From a virus: a stretch of 64,000 nt of DNA. The stretch lies in the IMG/VR virus record IMGVR_UViG_3300042541_002760, one strand, 5' to 3'. The translations under genes were made by a program, and so were the position numbers. The notes under the pieces are model-generated. The model was not told the DNA's origin, searched no databases, and saw nothing but the letters and a program-made list of their open reading frames with translations. This document shows positions 8,352 to 17,115 of this stretch, piece after piece (the stretch's first letter is position 1; each line of letters starts with the position of its first letter).

Positions 8352-8366
8352 CAGAATCTGCGTCCT
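8352..8366 (+). repeat. 15-bp direct repeat, copy 2
   Basis: CAGAATCTGCGTCCT. Confidence 0.8.
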
Positions 8367-8371
8367 CCCCA

Positions 8372-8399
8372 TTGACTTATGGGCAGATTGTGGTACTAT
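8372..8399 (+). promoter_or_regulatory. sigma70-type early promoter
   Basis: TTGACT-16nt-TACTAT with TGn extension. Confidence 0.55.
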
Positions 8400-8421
8400 T
8401 CAAGTGAAGAGAGAACCCCCT

Positions 8422-8730
8422 ATGAAACAGACAGCCACCGCCGTCATGAACCCTCCCGCCCCCGTCACTGAGACAGCCGAGAACCATTGGATGTCCTATA
8501 AGGATCGCCCTGCGACCATGACTTTGCAAGAGATGGCAGTATGGATGATCACCAATAACCCGTCTATGGCAGTCTCTGTCTTGATGGGTGCCATGGAAGA
8601 GAACGCAACATTGCCTACGGGAACCGATGGCAAGATGGTCGAGGTCACCGTATGGGACGAGCAGGGTGACCCCCACTACAACTTGACTGAGCAAGGGCAA
8701 CACTACTACGATCAGACCGTCCCCGACTAA
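8422..8730 (+). CDS. hypothetical early protein
   Basis: Start revised to MKQTAT downstream of promoter. Confidence 0.7.
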   Translation: MKQTATAVMNPPAPVTETAENHWMSYKDRPATMTLQEMAVWMITNNPSMAVSVLMGAMEENATLPTGTDGKMVEVTVWDEQGDPHYNLTEQGQHYYDQTVPD

Positions 8731-8753
8731 TCTAACACAACAATTCTCTCTTC

Positions 8754-8782
8754 GAATCTGTCCTTGTCATAAGGACAGATTC
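8754..8782. other. intergenic inverted repeat (12-bp stem)
   Basis: GAATCTGTCCTT-gtcat-AAGGACAGATTC; no U-tract, function uncertain. Confidence 0.6.
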
Positions 8783-8814
8783 ATTACAATCTAATCTTCT
8801 CATAAGGACACACT

Positions 8815-8955
8815 ATGAATATGTCAACAGTCAGTAAAGCAAAAACAAAAATTCTGAATTGGGTATGGGATCATCCCCTCGCCACCACCATTCTCGTATC
8901 AATCCCCACATTCATCGTAGTGATATGGGTTGCACTCAAGAAACACATTCTCTAA
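8815..8955 (+). CDS. small membrane protein
   Basis: AAGGA RBS; 46 aa with one TM helix. Confidence 0.55.
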   Translation: MNMSTVSKAKTKILNWVWDHPLATTILVSIPTFIVVIWVALKKHIL

Positions 8956-8963
8956 GGCACCGT

Positions 8964-9119
8964 ATGGCAATCAAGAAGAAAATCAAACCGAAGACACAGA
9001 CTTTAGGGTTTACCCGAATCGTTGATGGTATATGCAATCTCGTAGTTGTGGTTGTTATGCTCATTGGCATAATCATCCTTTACGATATCACATCCCACAT
9101 CATTAATCTCAAAAAATAA
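8964..9119 (+). CDS. small membrane protein
   Basis: Start revised to MAIKKK; TM helix. Confidence 0.6.
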   Translation: MAIKKKIKPKTQTLGFTRIVDGICNLVVVVVMLIGIIILYDITSHIINLKK

Positions 9120-9120
9120 C

Positions 9121-9148
9121 TTGACAGCCGTACTGCCTAGGTTACAAT
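9121..9148 (+). promoter_or_regulatory. sigma70-type early promoter
   Basis: TTGACA-16nt-TACAAT. Confidence 0.65.
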
Positions 9149-9180
9149 TAGCATAATCCATAACAAGGAAATTATAAGAA

Positions 9181-9408
9181 ATGCCCAAGAAGATTGATCA
9201 AGAAGAAGACTTTGTTCCTACTCATCGTCACCGCACCTTTACTCGATATGTTGTCTTGAGTGATGGTAAGACATTTGATGCAGTGTCTGACTGCAAGGAA
9301 ATCGAAGTCCCCGATGATATCGAAGATGTCGCGGGATATATTCGTGCTCGTATTCATGCACATGATCACCCGATCTTAGATTGGACTTTGGGCAAGAAGA
9401 CTGAGTAA
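9181..9408 (+). CDS. hypothetical protein
   Basis: Downstream of promoter. Confidence 0.65.
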   Translation: MPKKIDQEEDFVPTHRHRTFTRYVVLSDGKTFDAVSDCKEIEVPDDIEDVAGYIRARIHAHDHPILDWTLGKKTE

Positions 9409-9457
9409 GAATTATTAAGATTCAATTCAGGATTCCAATTTTCCAATATACTTGTCC

Positions 9458-9655
9458 ATGGAACTTCTTATTTCTACAATGACAACGGTGTCTATTATTT
9501 CGTTTCTGTCCGCATCTTATCTTTGGTTGTATCGGTTTGCACACCAACAAGGATTTGATAAGGGACATCACGAAGGGTTTGTTGAAGGACTCAATAAGCA
9601 TCGTGCGTTGAGTAATCGCAATAAGCAACGAGATCGTGTTGCCGTAGGAGTGTAA
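9458..9655 (+). CDS. small membrane protein
   Basis: N-terminal TM followed by GxxxG repeats (GFDKGHHEGFVEG). Confidence 0.6.
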   Translation: MELLISTMTTVSIISFLSASYLWLYRFAHQQGFDKGHHEGFVEGLNKHRALSNRNKQRDRVAVGV

Positions 9656-9666
9656 CAAATATTACT

Positions 9667-10101
9667 ATGAATGAAATATGGACTCATCACTTTCTCATTG
9701 GAAGAAATCAATTTGGTTCTCCTGTTCTTGTAGCATTCTGTATTGATGGAATTACAGATACTGTGAAGATCTTTCCATATGTGATGCTACATCCTCTAGC
9801 AGATCCAAATGGTCTACCACAACTCTCAATGACAGAATTGGGATCGTATGTCCACAAGAATGATATCGGTGTATCGCTTTCATTATATGAGGGTCGCGTG
9901 ATATGGACTCGTCTATGTGGGAACCCATGGTTTGAAATGACCCCGACTACATTCCATGCTCATTATCCAAGGCATGACTATCATGTGGGGTCGATCTTCT
10001 TAAGGAAGAATATCACTTTGAATCCCGTGGTACGAAACCTCAATTGTTCGTACACCCCTCCCATCGATAAGATCAACAGCAACTATGCTCTTGAAGCATG
10101 A
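9667..10101 (+). CDS. hypothetical protein
   Basis: Contains GRVIWTRL..W resembling the paralog-family motif. Confidence 0.6.
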   Translation: MNEIWTHHFLIGRNQFGSPVLVAFCIDGITDTVKIFPYVMLHPLADPNGLPQLSMTELGSYVHKNDIGVSLSLYEGRVIWTRLCGNPWFEMTPTTFHAHYPRHDYHVGSIFLRKNITLNPVVRNLNCSYTPPIDKINSNYALEA

Positions 10102-10139
10102 CTAAATATTGACACACTTCTTTACAATGAGGACTTATA

Positions 10140-11168
10140 TTGAAGAATTTAAATGTTGAGTGGAATGGTAAAATGGCTGTCATCACAGGGGTGAATGGAC
10201 AGGATGGATCATATCTTGCAGATATGCTTCTCGCTAAGGGATACCAAGTCGTTGGTCTCAAGCGCAGAACTTCAACCATCAGCACAGGTCGCATCGACCA
10301 TCTATATGAAAACCCACTGTTCAAGTTACATCACTATGATTTGACTGATGGCGCATCGGTGCTGCATATCCTTGCACAATACAAGCCTGACGAGTTTTAT
10401 AACTTGGCGGCTCAATCGCATGTTGCAGTGTCCTTTGAAATTCCTGAGTACACATCGGATGGTATTGCAGGTGGCACTCTTAAGATTCTTGAGGGAATCC
10501 GCAGTGTTAGTCCACAGACTCGATACTACCAAGCATCATCATCGGAAATGTACGGCGACAGCAAGGATTACCATCCTTCGTTTGGATATGACGAACACAG
10601 TCGAATGATGCCCGTGTCTCCATATGCAGTAGCAAAACTTCATGCCCATCATATGACTCGTGTATATCGAAATGCATATGGTATTCATGCATCGTCAGGT
10701 ATTCTATTCAATCATGAGAGTCCACGCCGTGGCGAGACATTCGTGACTCGAAAGATTACCATGGCAGCAGTACGAATCAAGATGGGTCTTCAGAAGGAAC
10801 TGCATCTAGGTAACCTGAATGCCAAGCGTGATTGGGGATTCGCAGGTGACTATGTAGAAGCCATGTGGCTCATGCTTCAACAGCCCGAGGGGGATGACTA
10901 TGTGATTGCCACACAGCAGACTCATACAGTCCGCGAGTTCCTTGATGTTGTGTTCGAAGAAGCAGGACTTGATTGGCACAAGCATGTGATCATTGATCCC
11001 AAGTACTTCCGTCCGAACGAGGTGCCCTTCTTGCTAGGAGACCCTGCCAAGGCAAAAGAGAAACTTGGTTGGCAACCCAAGGTAGATATGAAGTTGCTTG
11101 CGCGAATGATGTACAAGAGCGATATGGCAGAGTTGACAAAGCAAATGAATGTGGGCATAACCCCATGA
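10140..11168 (+). CDS. gmd: GDP-mannose 4,6-dehydratase
   Basis: [56 protein letters not shown]. Confidence 0.97.
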   Translation: MKNLNVEWNGKMAVITGVNGQDGSYLADMLLAKGYQVVGLKRRTSTISTGRIDHLYENPLFKLHHYDLTDGASVLHILAQYKPDEFYNLAAQSHVAVSFEIPEYTSDGIAGGTLKILEGIRSVSPQTRYYQASSSEMYGDSKDYHPSFGYDEHSRMMPVSPYAVAKLHAHHMTRVYRNAYGIHASSGILFNHESPRRGETFVTRKITMAAVRIKMGLQKELHLGNLNAKRDWGFAGDYVEAMWLMLQQPEGDDYVIATQQTHTVREFLDVVFEEAGLDWHKHVIIDPKYFRPNEVPFLLGDPAKAKEKLGWQPKVDMKLLARMMYKSDMAELTKQMNVGITP

Positions 11169-11455
11169 CATTACCCGATGAACAACATCGTGCAATAATT
11201 CAGACCAAGGAATTTCTCTACTCCCTGATGGATCCAAAGAAGACTCCTAAGGTTCCTCGCACAATTAGAACTACTGCATGTCAATTGCTTAGGCATTTCC
11301 CAACAGACTATGATGCAGACATCCTACTTCGATGCCTTCATACAGAATGGCTTGGAGTAGATTCCGATTCTGCAATTCATGATCCCGTTGAGGCATTCGA
11401 TCCCATTTATCAGAAGGAAGTATTCGATGGAGTCACAGGAAATGAACATCGTTGA
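11165..11455 (+). CDS. conserved hypothetical (BPSL0761-like)
   Basis: Start revised; MTLPDE..RA...EFL..L..P..TP.VP..IR..A..LLRHFP. Confidence 0.6.
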   Translation: MTLPDEQHRAIIQTKEFLYSLMDPKKTPKVPRTIRTTACQLLRHFPTDYDADILLRCLHTEWLGVDSDSAIHDPVEAFDPIYQKEVFDGVTGNEHR

Positions 11456-11693
11456 TCGTCTAACACTCGCACTAGAAATGGCTGATCATGATCCGCAAAA
11501 TACATCAGTCCTTATTCGAGATGCACGAGATGAGATACACAAACTACAAGGACTTGTATATGCATATCCGAAATTCGAACCGTATCTTTCAGATGGAAGA
11601 ACATGGAGGGCAGAATATGAAGAACTCTATTCTACGATTGCTGCCTTTAGTGTGGAAGACTTTCTTCTGTGGAAGAATGCAATGCAGGAGTAA
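11442..11693 (+). CDS. hypothetical protein
   Basis: Start revised to MNIVDRL. Confidence 0.6.
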   Translation: MNIVDRLTLALEMADHDPQNTSVLIRDARDEIHKLQGLVYAYPKFEPYLSDGRTWRAEYEELYSTIAAFSVEDFLLWKNAMQE

Positions 11694-11698
11694 TACAC

Positions 11699-11998
11699 AT
11701 GACACCATTTGATCAAAATAAAATAGGAGAGTTCTATGCAAGTCTTCATGCACTTGTCAATGACTATCATAGGCTCGAAGAGTTTCATGAATCTGTGATG
11801 AAGGGCAATCACATATCTCGAAATGGGACACTGTACTCTCAGCAATTGATGAGTGGCTCGGGGAATAGCACAGCAGCAGAAGCAGAAGTGATTCGCCTTA
11901 ACAAATTGATGTTTGAATTGAAGACTCATAATGCTGTCCTCCAATCGACAGTAACTTCACTTCAAGCAAATTCTCCCAAAGCCGCAAAAAAGAAGTAA
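11699..11998 (+). CDS. hypothetical coiled-coil protein
   Basis: AGGAG RBS before MTPFDQ. Confidence 0.6.
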   Translation: MTPFDQNKIGEFYASLHALVNDYHRLEEFHESVMKGNHISRNGTLYSQQLMSGSGNSTAAEAEVIRLNKLMFELKTHNAVLQSTVTSLQANSPKAAKKK

Positions 11999-12024
11999 TG
12001 CCATAATTGGCATAGGAATTTATA

Positions 12025-12300
12025 ATGAACGACACCACAACAGGACAATGGATTCTTCGATGGGATAAGCACCCCACAAAGACAATCATATTCACAATGC
12101 ATCATCCACAGGTATTGATATGGGGCACAGGCTTTCAGGGGCTTGATGATCCACCACCGAAGGCAGTAGTTCACAATACCTCCCGAGGAACATGGACACT
12201 TGATTTAGATAACGAGAATGCTTCCACTAGCCTAGGCATCGAATATGCAAGGGAAATTTGGAACGCACTTCTCGATCTTGGATGGACACGACAGCAATAA
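12025..12300 (+). CDS. hypothetical protein (paralog family)
   Basis: C-terminal AREIWNALLDLGW. Confidence 0.65.
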   Translation: MNDTTTGQWILRWDKHPTKTIIFTMHHPQVLIWGTGFQGLDDPPPKAVVHNTSRGTWTLDLDNENASTSLGIEYAREIWNALLDLGWTRQQ

Positions 12301-12336
12301 AAATGATTATTGGTCGCTTATTGATGACCATCTGCA

Positions 12337-12365
12337 TTGACAATTGATGTGGGATACTGTACAAT
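12337..12365 (+). promoter_or_regulatory. sigma70-type early promoter
   Basis: TTGACA-17nt-TACAAT. Confidence 0.75.
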
Positions 12366-12396
12366 TGAAGTATACAACTGAAAGGATCCCATTCGA

Positions 12397-12630
12397 ATGA
12401 GTCACTTCTATGCTGCTATCTCAAAATCTGCGCGTAAGACTACACCTACGGCGCGGGGTCATCGTTCAACGGGAATCGAAACCGTAACACAATCGTTCAA
12501 GGGACAGATTCGCACTGTTCTGTGGTATGATGCCGTAACCAATCAGGATATGTACAAAGTCATACTCCAACCACATGGAACAAGTAGTCATTATGGATTA
12601 GTTCTCGCAACGGGAGCAATCAATTGTTGA
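12397..12630 (+). CDS. conserved phage hypothetical protein
   Basis: MSHFY...T.TARGH..SG/TGI pattern; AAGGA RBS. Confidence 0.65.
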   Translation: MSHFYAAISKSARKTTPTARGHRSTGIETVTQSFKGQIRTVLWYDAVTNQDMYKVILQPHGTSSHYGLVLATGAINC

Positions 12631-12654
12631 TGCCATTACAGGACACCCAATAAG

Positions 12655-13059
12655 ATGAACAAAAACCCAATATTCAATAGCACAATCAATCGACTGACTT
12701 TTGACAAAGTGAATCTGCCAACAGCGGTATGGGGAGATAAGGATGCGGCAGTATTGAAACTGCTTGATTGGCTAGAGGCTGCTCGAAAAGTTGTAATCTC
12801 GCCCTATTCGAATCCAAACTTCAGTTATGTTGGAATGATGCTGCCTGTTCTTGAGATGTATGATGGTCGCAGATACATTCGTGTTGACAAGGTGCATTCG
12901 GATAGGCGATCAGTCTATGCATTCATCGACAAGACGAATGGAGACATCCTACGGGCTGCTGGCTATAAGAAACCCGCCAAGCATGCCCGAGGTAATATCT
13001 TTGATCAATGGAATGGTACTTCGATGATCGAACCCTATGGGATCATGTATCTGCAATAA
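12655..13059 (+). CDS. conserved phage hypothetical protein
   Basis: GRRYIRV...SVYAFID..GDI..AA.YKKPAK.ARGNI pattern widespread in large phages. Confidence 0.7.
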   Translation: MNKNPIFNSTINRLTFDKVNLPTAVWGDKDAAVLKLLDWLEAARKVVISPYSNPNFSYVGMMLPVLEMYDGRRYIRVDKVHSDRRSVYAFIDKTNGDILRAAGYKKPAKHARGNIFDQWNGTSMIEPYGIMYLQ

Positions 13060-13075
13060 CTTCACAAGGAACCCT

Positions 13076-13285
13076 ATGAACACCAAAGACTATATCAGCA
13101 TCTTATCGGTTGCAACCATTTCCGCATTCTTTATTGTATTTGTTCTAACGGGCTGTTACTTGGCACTCTATCAATACCTGCGTGATACGGGAATTACCTT
13201 TTGGCAGGTGGTACTGCTCTATACTTCCGTTTCGACAACCCTAGGAATTTTGAGTGCAGCGATCAAGATGAAAAAGAAGCAATGA
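13076..13285 (+). CDS. two-TM membrane protein
   Basis: AAGGA RBS before MNTKDY; two hydrophobic helices, basic C-terminus. Confidence 0.6.
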   Translation: MNTKDYISILSVATISAFFIVFVLTGCYLALYQYLRDTGITFWQVVLLYTSVSTTLGILSAAIKMKKKQ

Positions 13286-13290
13286 TTTGA

Positions 13291-14157
13291 TTATCCTGTT
13301 GGAGGTACGGACACAGAAGCCGCTGCGGCGGCTTTCTTCTTTTCCTCTTCCAATTTCTTAAATCCATTTTTTTCTTTGATTTTGGCAACAATCTCTTTTG
13401 TCAAATCAGATTGTAGATTTGCTGCAATACCATCAGCACCAAAGATTCTTTTCTGTTCATCTTCGGTCATGGTCTCTTTAAGAATCTCAATCATTTCCAC
13501 GATTTCCCGAATCGCAATACTATTGCGTTTGCTATTGATTGTAGACCATGCGATCATTCCAACTGCACATACAAAGGCACCTATGAGTAGGATTGCACCC
13601 ACCATTGCGATCTCATCCATATATCGCTGTGATGCCGATGCAAAGCCAAGCATAAGGGCACCGAGCAGTACAAGTGCTCCACCATACCCCTTGTTCAAGA
13701 AGAACGCTACGGCGGCTCCTGTGGCGATTAAAATGAAGCCGATAACCCAAAACATGGTGATATAACCATAGAGCCGCTCCATCGCGGCAACCTTTGCCCC
13801 GTCCATAGCAATTCGTAAATTGGACAACGAGGTTTCAAGTTTAGAAACCTCAGAGGTAAGGTCTTTCAGTTTGTCCGTTTGCTTTACTACTGCATCGGCA
13901 GATTCGATGATATTGTCTGCCTTACTATTGATTTTTTCTGATGTTACTTTATCACTTACAGTAGCAGCCTTGGTGGTTTTCTTAATATCAAGGGCATCTT
14001 TCCTAATCGAATTTGCATTATCGTTTGTGTGTTCTACGATAGCATTCAAAGTAGCCGATGAAGTGCCGTTTGATGGTTCAACAATCGGTGCGGTCTTACA
14101 GGCTGTTATGTTGATTGCAAGAAGTGTTCCGACAATAAGATTGCATATTGATTTCAT
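13291..14157 (-). CDS. lipoprotein with coiled coil and C-terminal TM helices (spanin-like candidate)
   Basis: Start revised to MKSICNLIVGTLLAINITA|C (lipobox); coiled-coil; three TM segments. Confidence 0.7.
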   Translation of the reverse strand: MKSICNLIVGTLLAINITACKTAPIVEPSNGTSSATLNAIVEHTNDNANSIRKDALDIKKTTKAATVSDKVTSEKINSKADNIIESADAVVKQTDKLKDLTSEVSKLETSLSNLRIAMDGAKVAAMERLYGYITMFWVIGFILIATGAAVAFFLNKGYGGALVLLGALMLGFASASQRYMDEIAMVGAILLIGAFVCAVGMIAWSTINSKRNSIAIREIVEMIEILKETMTEDEQKRIFGADGIAANLQSDLTKEIVAKIKEKNGFKKLEEEKKKAAAAASVSVPPTG

Positions 14158-14162
14158 ACTCT

Positions 14163-14169
14163 TATTTAT
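14163..14169 (-). promoter_or_regulatory. T4-type late promoter
   Basis: ATAAATA on minus strand just upstream of ATG 14157. Confidence 0.55.
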
Positions 14170-15593
14170 GGGCATGATCCCCATGCAGCAAGCAGTACCC
14201 CCAAGTCCTGCCCATCTACAGTCATATCTCCCGTGATGTCTGATGATGCTGTTCCCCATGAAGATAAGAGTTTGCCCAAATCACTTCCATCCACAACCCT
14301 ATCACCATTAAGATCGGATACGCATGGAAGGGGAGAAGCGACAATTACGGCGGCTTCTGCGTTCAGCATTCCCCATCCCGTGAGGGTATCAAAGCCAACG
14401 GTTCCCATGTCTTTGCATGTAGTCTTCATGATTGTCTCCACCTGTGCAGCAGAAAGGGATGGATTTGCAGAGAGGATTAGTGCAGCAACACCCGCAGCAT
14501 ACGGCGAAGAGAATGATGTGCCGTCAATTGTGGTGTAGTCTCCCGATCCATATCCATTTGTTCCTGTCCTATCGGTGGTGTAGATCGATTGTCCTGCTGC
14601 GACAAAGGCAATCTTTGAGCCATATGATGAGAACGATGCTTTCTGTCCATTTCGGCTGCTTGCACCAACTGCATTAACACTCGATGTGCTTGCAGGAAAA
14701 CCTATAGTTGTATTTCCTGAATTGCCCGAAGACGCAAAGTTTACTACCCCTGCATTTCGTGCTGCTGTGTATGCAGTTGCCATTGCGGTCGATACTGTTC
14801 CATAGTCATTGCTGTTGTTGGTAACACGAACACCGTTTGCAATGCCCCAATTGATGGCATTTACCGTCCATGATGTCTGTCCCTGCCATGATCCATTACA
14901 TGGAGTGATTGATACACCCACCTTTGCAGATATAACTTTGCAATTTGGAGCAACACCAACAGTTCCTATAGAATTGTTGATGATGCCCGTAACACATCCT
15001 GCAACTGCTGTTCCGTGATTGTCGCATGAGTTGCTTGGATCTCCACCCGCAACACCATTGACTACACTTGTGGTGAAGTCACGCCCTGTCAATTGATTGA
15101 TGTCGGGATGGTTTTGCTGTATGCCTGTTTCGAAAATGAGTATCTTAATAGCCGATGATCCCTGTGTGATCGACCATGCGTTCGAGGTATTCATGTCAAA
15201 GTTGACAAGTCCTCCCGATGTTCCTGTATTGCGATGCCCCCAACACTGAGAAAACCCTACATCATTTGGAATCACCTCATGGCGAGTCGCAGTGAACACT
15301 TGATCTCCTTCTATAAATTCGATATTCGGATTTGCAGCAAGAACCGACATTGCATGATTCATCGAGGCAACACTGTTCATATTGATAAGCGTGAGGTTTG
15401 GAATATGAGAGTAGTGCTCTGTGCTTTCAATTCCCGATATGACTGAAAGGATTGTATCCTTGTCTGTGTCATTCTTCCACTGTACGAAGAAGGTGTCTAT
15501 CGCAGTCGGCTGTGGTTCTGTCTTACGAATGCCATTTGCGCCACTGAGTATGATCATGCTTGTGAGAAGTGATAAGATTGCTTTCATATTCAT
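14166..15593 (-). CDS. secreted S8 (subtilisin-family) peptidase with C-terminal dockerin-like repeats
   Basis: Signal peptide, prodomain, FETG..HPD, NHGTAVAG, SSGN, GTSFSSP; DLNGDRVVDGSDLGKLLSSWG and DITGDMTVDGQDLGVLLAAWG. Confidence 0.92.
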   Translation of the reverse strand: MNMKAILSLLTSMIILSGANGIRKTEPQPTAIDTFFVQWKNDTDKDTILSVISGIESTEHYSHIPNLTLINMNSVASMNHAMSVLAANPNIEFIEGDQVFTATRHEVIPNDVGFSQCWGHRNTGTSGGLVNFDMNTSNAWSITQGSSAIKILIFETGIQQNHPDINQLTGRDFTTSVVNGVAGGDPSNSCDNHGTAVAGCVTGIINNSIGTVGVAPNCKVISAKVGVSITPCNGSWQGQTSWTVNAINWGIANGVRVTNNSNDYGTVSTAMATAYTAARNAGVVNFASSGNSGNTTIGFPASTSSVNAVGASSRNGQKASFSSYGSKIAFVAAGQSIYTTDRTGTNGYGSGDYTTIDGTSFSSPYAAGVAALILSANPSLSAAQVETIMKTTCKDMGTVGFDTLTGWGMLNAEAAVIVASPLPCVSDLNGDRVVDGSDLGKLLSSWGTASSDITGDMTVDGQDLGVLLAAWGSCP

Positions 15594-15608
15594 AGTGTTC
15601 TCCTAATA

Positions 15609-15616
15609 TGTTTATA
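15609..15616 (-). promoter_or_regulatory. late-promoter variant
   Basis: TATAAACA upstream of AGGAG RBS of the S8 gene. Confidence 0.4.
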
Positions 15617-15678
15617 CGGATCACCGATCCATGCTGTTCATAAAATGGCATGAAAAGACTCATACCATAAACACTAGT

Positions 15679-15894
15679 ATGACCAATACCACCTCATCTA
15701 AAAATCGTGAGTATATTATTACAATGGTCTATATGATGGGAACGGAAATCTCTCCAACAATCCTATACCATGTCACGATGAAAGAATGCAATCGTTTGCG
15801 TGATGTAGGATGGGCTGAGGTACTCGTATCGTTTCAACATATCGGTGAAAAATTAAGTGTTCGATACACGGGTATCCCTACCGAAAAGATATAA
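15679..15894 (+). CDS. hypothetical protein
   Basis: ORF following ATAAACA; start uncertain. Confidence 0.45.
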   Translation: MTNTTSSKNREYIITMVYMMGTEISPTILYHVTMKECNRLRDVGWAEVLVSFQHIGEKLSVRYTGIPTEKI

Positions 15895-16005
15895 CTATGC
15901 CACGAAGACAAGCAGTTACTCGTCCGAAAAGACCACAAAAGCCTTCTTCATCCACCAAGCCATCAGGCACACAGAAGCCAATACCACCCAAGGCTACTCA
16001 AAAGC

Positions 16006-16557
16006 CTATGAAACCTTGACGATATCATATGTGTCGAATACAAAATTGACTGTTGCACTCATCACCGATGGTTCATTTTCACTGTGGCTTAAAGTAAATC
16101 CTGATATCTGAGTAGGAATCAGATTGGAAAATGTCATCATGAGTATGGGGTTCTTCTTGTTGTTTAAGAAGAACAACTTGCCATGGTTTACATTTCCCTT
16201 GTACTCGGGGACAATCTCCTTGAAGTCGCGATATGGAACTCCTGATCGCATCCACTTAACCATCTCCATATAGTTGCGGAAGTTCTCATCGATGATGAAT
16301 CTCAATGAGATATCAGATGATGCCCTACCACCTGGAGATTTGATATCGTTTGCAGCAAACAGATGATTGTGAACTGTTGGGGTTGATGTAAGATTCGGTG
16401 TCTGTACCGATGTGCAGAAGTATGTAACAGTGGGCACCTTCTCACATATAAATCTGTAATTGGTGCTTGCAGCAAGATTTGTGTTGAGAGGATTGTTTCC
16501 TAATGCACCAAAGTTTGTCAGTTCAGGAAGCCAATTCTTGACGCTAGGTGATGTCAT
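16006..16557 (-). CDS. gp3: tail completion/tube terminator gp3-like protein (copy 2)
   Basis: STNYRF..K.P.VTYFC...P..; F.IDENF.NY.E...W; follows gp23. Confidence 0.8.
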   Translation of the reverse strand: MTSPSVKNWLPELTNFGALGNNPLNTNLAASTNYRFICEKVPTVTYFCTSVQTPNLTSTPTVHNHLFAANDIKSPGGRASSDISLRFIIDENFRNYMEMVKWMRSGVPYRDFKEIVPEYKGNVNHGKLFFLNNKKNPILMMTFSNLIPTQISGFTLSHSENEPSVMSATVNFVFDTYDIVKVS

Positions 16558-17102
16558 TAAGGATCCTTTATGTCATAAGAGGTAAACTGAAATGTTGCAT
16601 CACATATAATGATCGGTGCATCAGCAACAGAAGAATTCATCGGAATGTTTCCAAGACCCGTAATCATAAGTCCATCAAAAACAATTCGTGCTACAGGGGT
16701 TTTCTTATTGTTCAGTATTAGCAATTGCCCCGAATCGGAAATGAGATTCATCATTCTTGCCTGAGAGTTATCATTGAAGAATCCATAGTAGTTGAGAGAT
16801 TTCTTAAACCAATCCGACATCTCAAAGTAATTACTGAAGTCTTCATTGATGATGAACTTGACTACCAATTCTCCATGGTCAATTTTGTTGCCGAAAAACT
16901 TTATCGGAGATGCCATTGGTACAGAAACCCGAATGGGTTCCATACTCAAAGACGGAAATGATACCTCGGTGCAAAAATACACGGCATTACGAACCTTAGG
17001 AATCATCAACCTAAAATTGGTTGAGAATGCAGGATTCGTATTAATAGGCTGTCTGTTAAGACTGCCAGCAACAATATCATCAGGTATCTTAGGTACTGTC
17101 AT
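16557..17102 (-). CDS. gp3: tail completion/tube terminator gp3-like protein (copy 1)
   Basis: STNFRL...VYFCT.V.FP; FIINEDFSNY.E..W. Confidence 0.8.
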   Translation of the reverse strand: MTVPKIPDDIVAGSLNRQPINTNPAFSTNFRLMIPKVRNAVYFCTEVSFPSLSMEPIRVSVPMASPIKFFGNKIDHGELVVKFIINEDFSNYFEMSDWFKKSLNYYGFFNDNSQARMMNLISDSGQLLILNNKKTPVARIVFDGLMITGLGNIPMNSSVADAPIIICDATFQFTSYDIKDP

Positions 17103-17108
17103 CGATAG

Positions 17109-17115
17109 TATTTAG
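17109..17115 (-). promoter_or_regulatory. T4-type late promoter
   Basis: CTAAATA. Confidence 0.6.

Noticed and set aside
10109-10128. sigma70 promoter TTGACA...TACAAT before gmd
   Set aside because: Spacer only 8 nt
15897-16019. 40-aa Lys/Pro-rich ORF
   Set aside because: No RBS, overlaps the convergent gp3 gene end; unsupported
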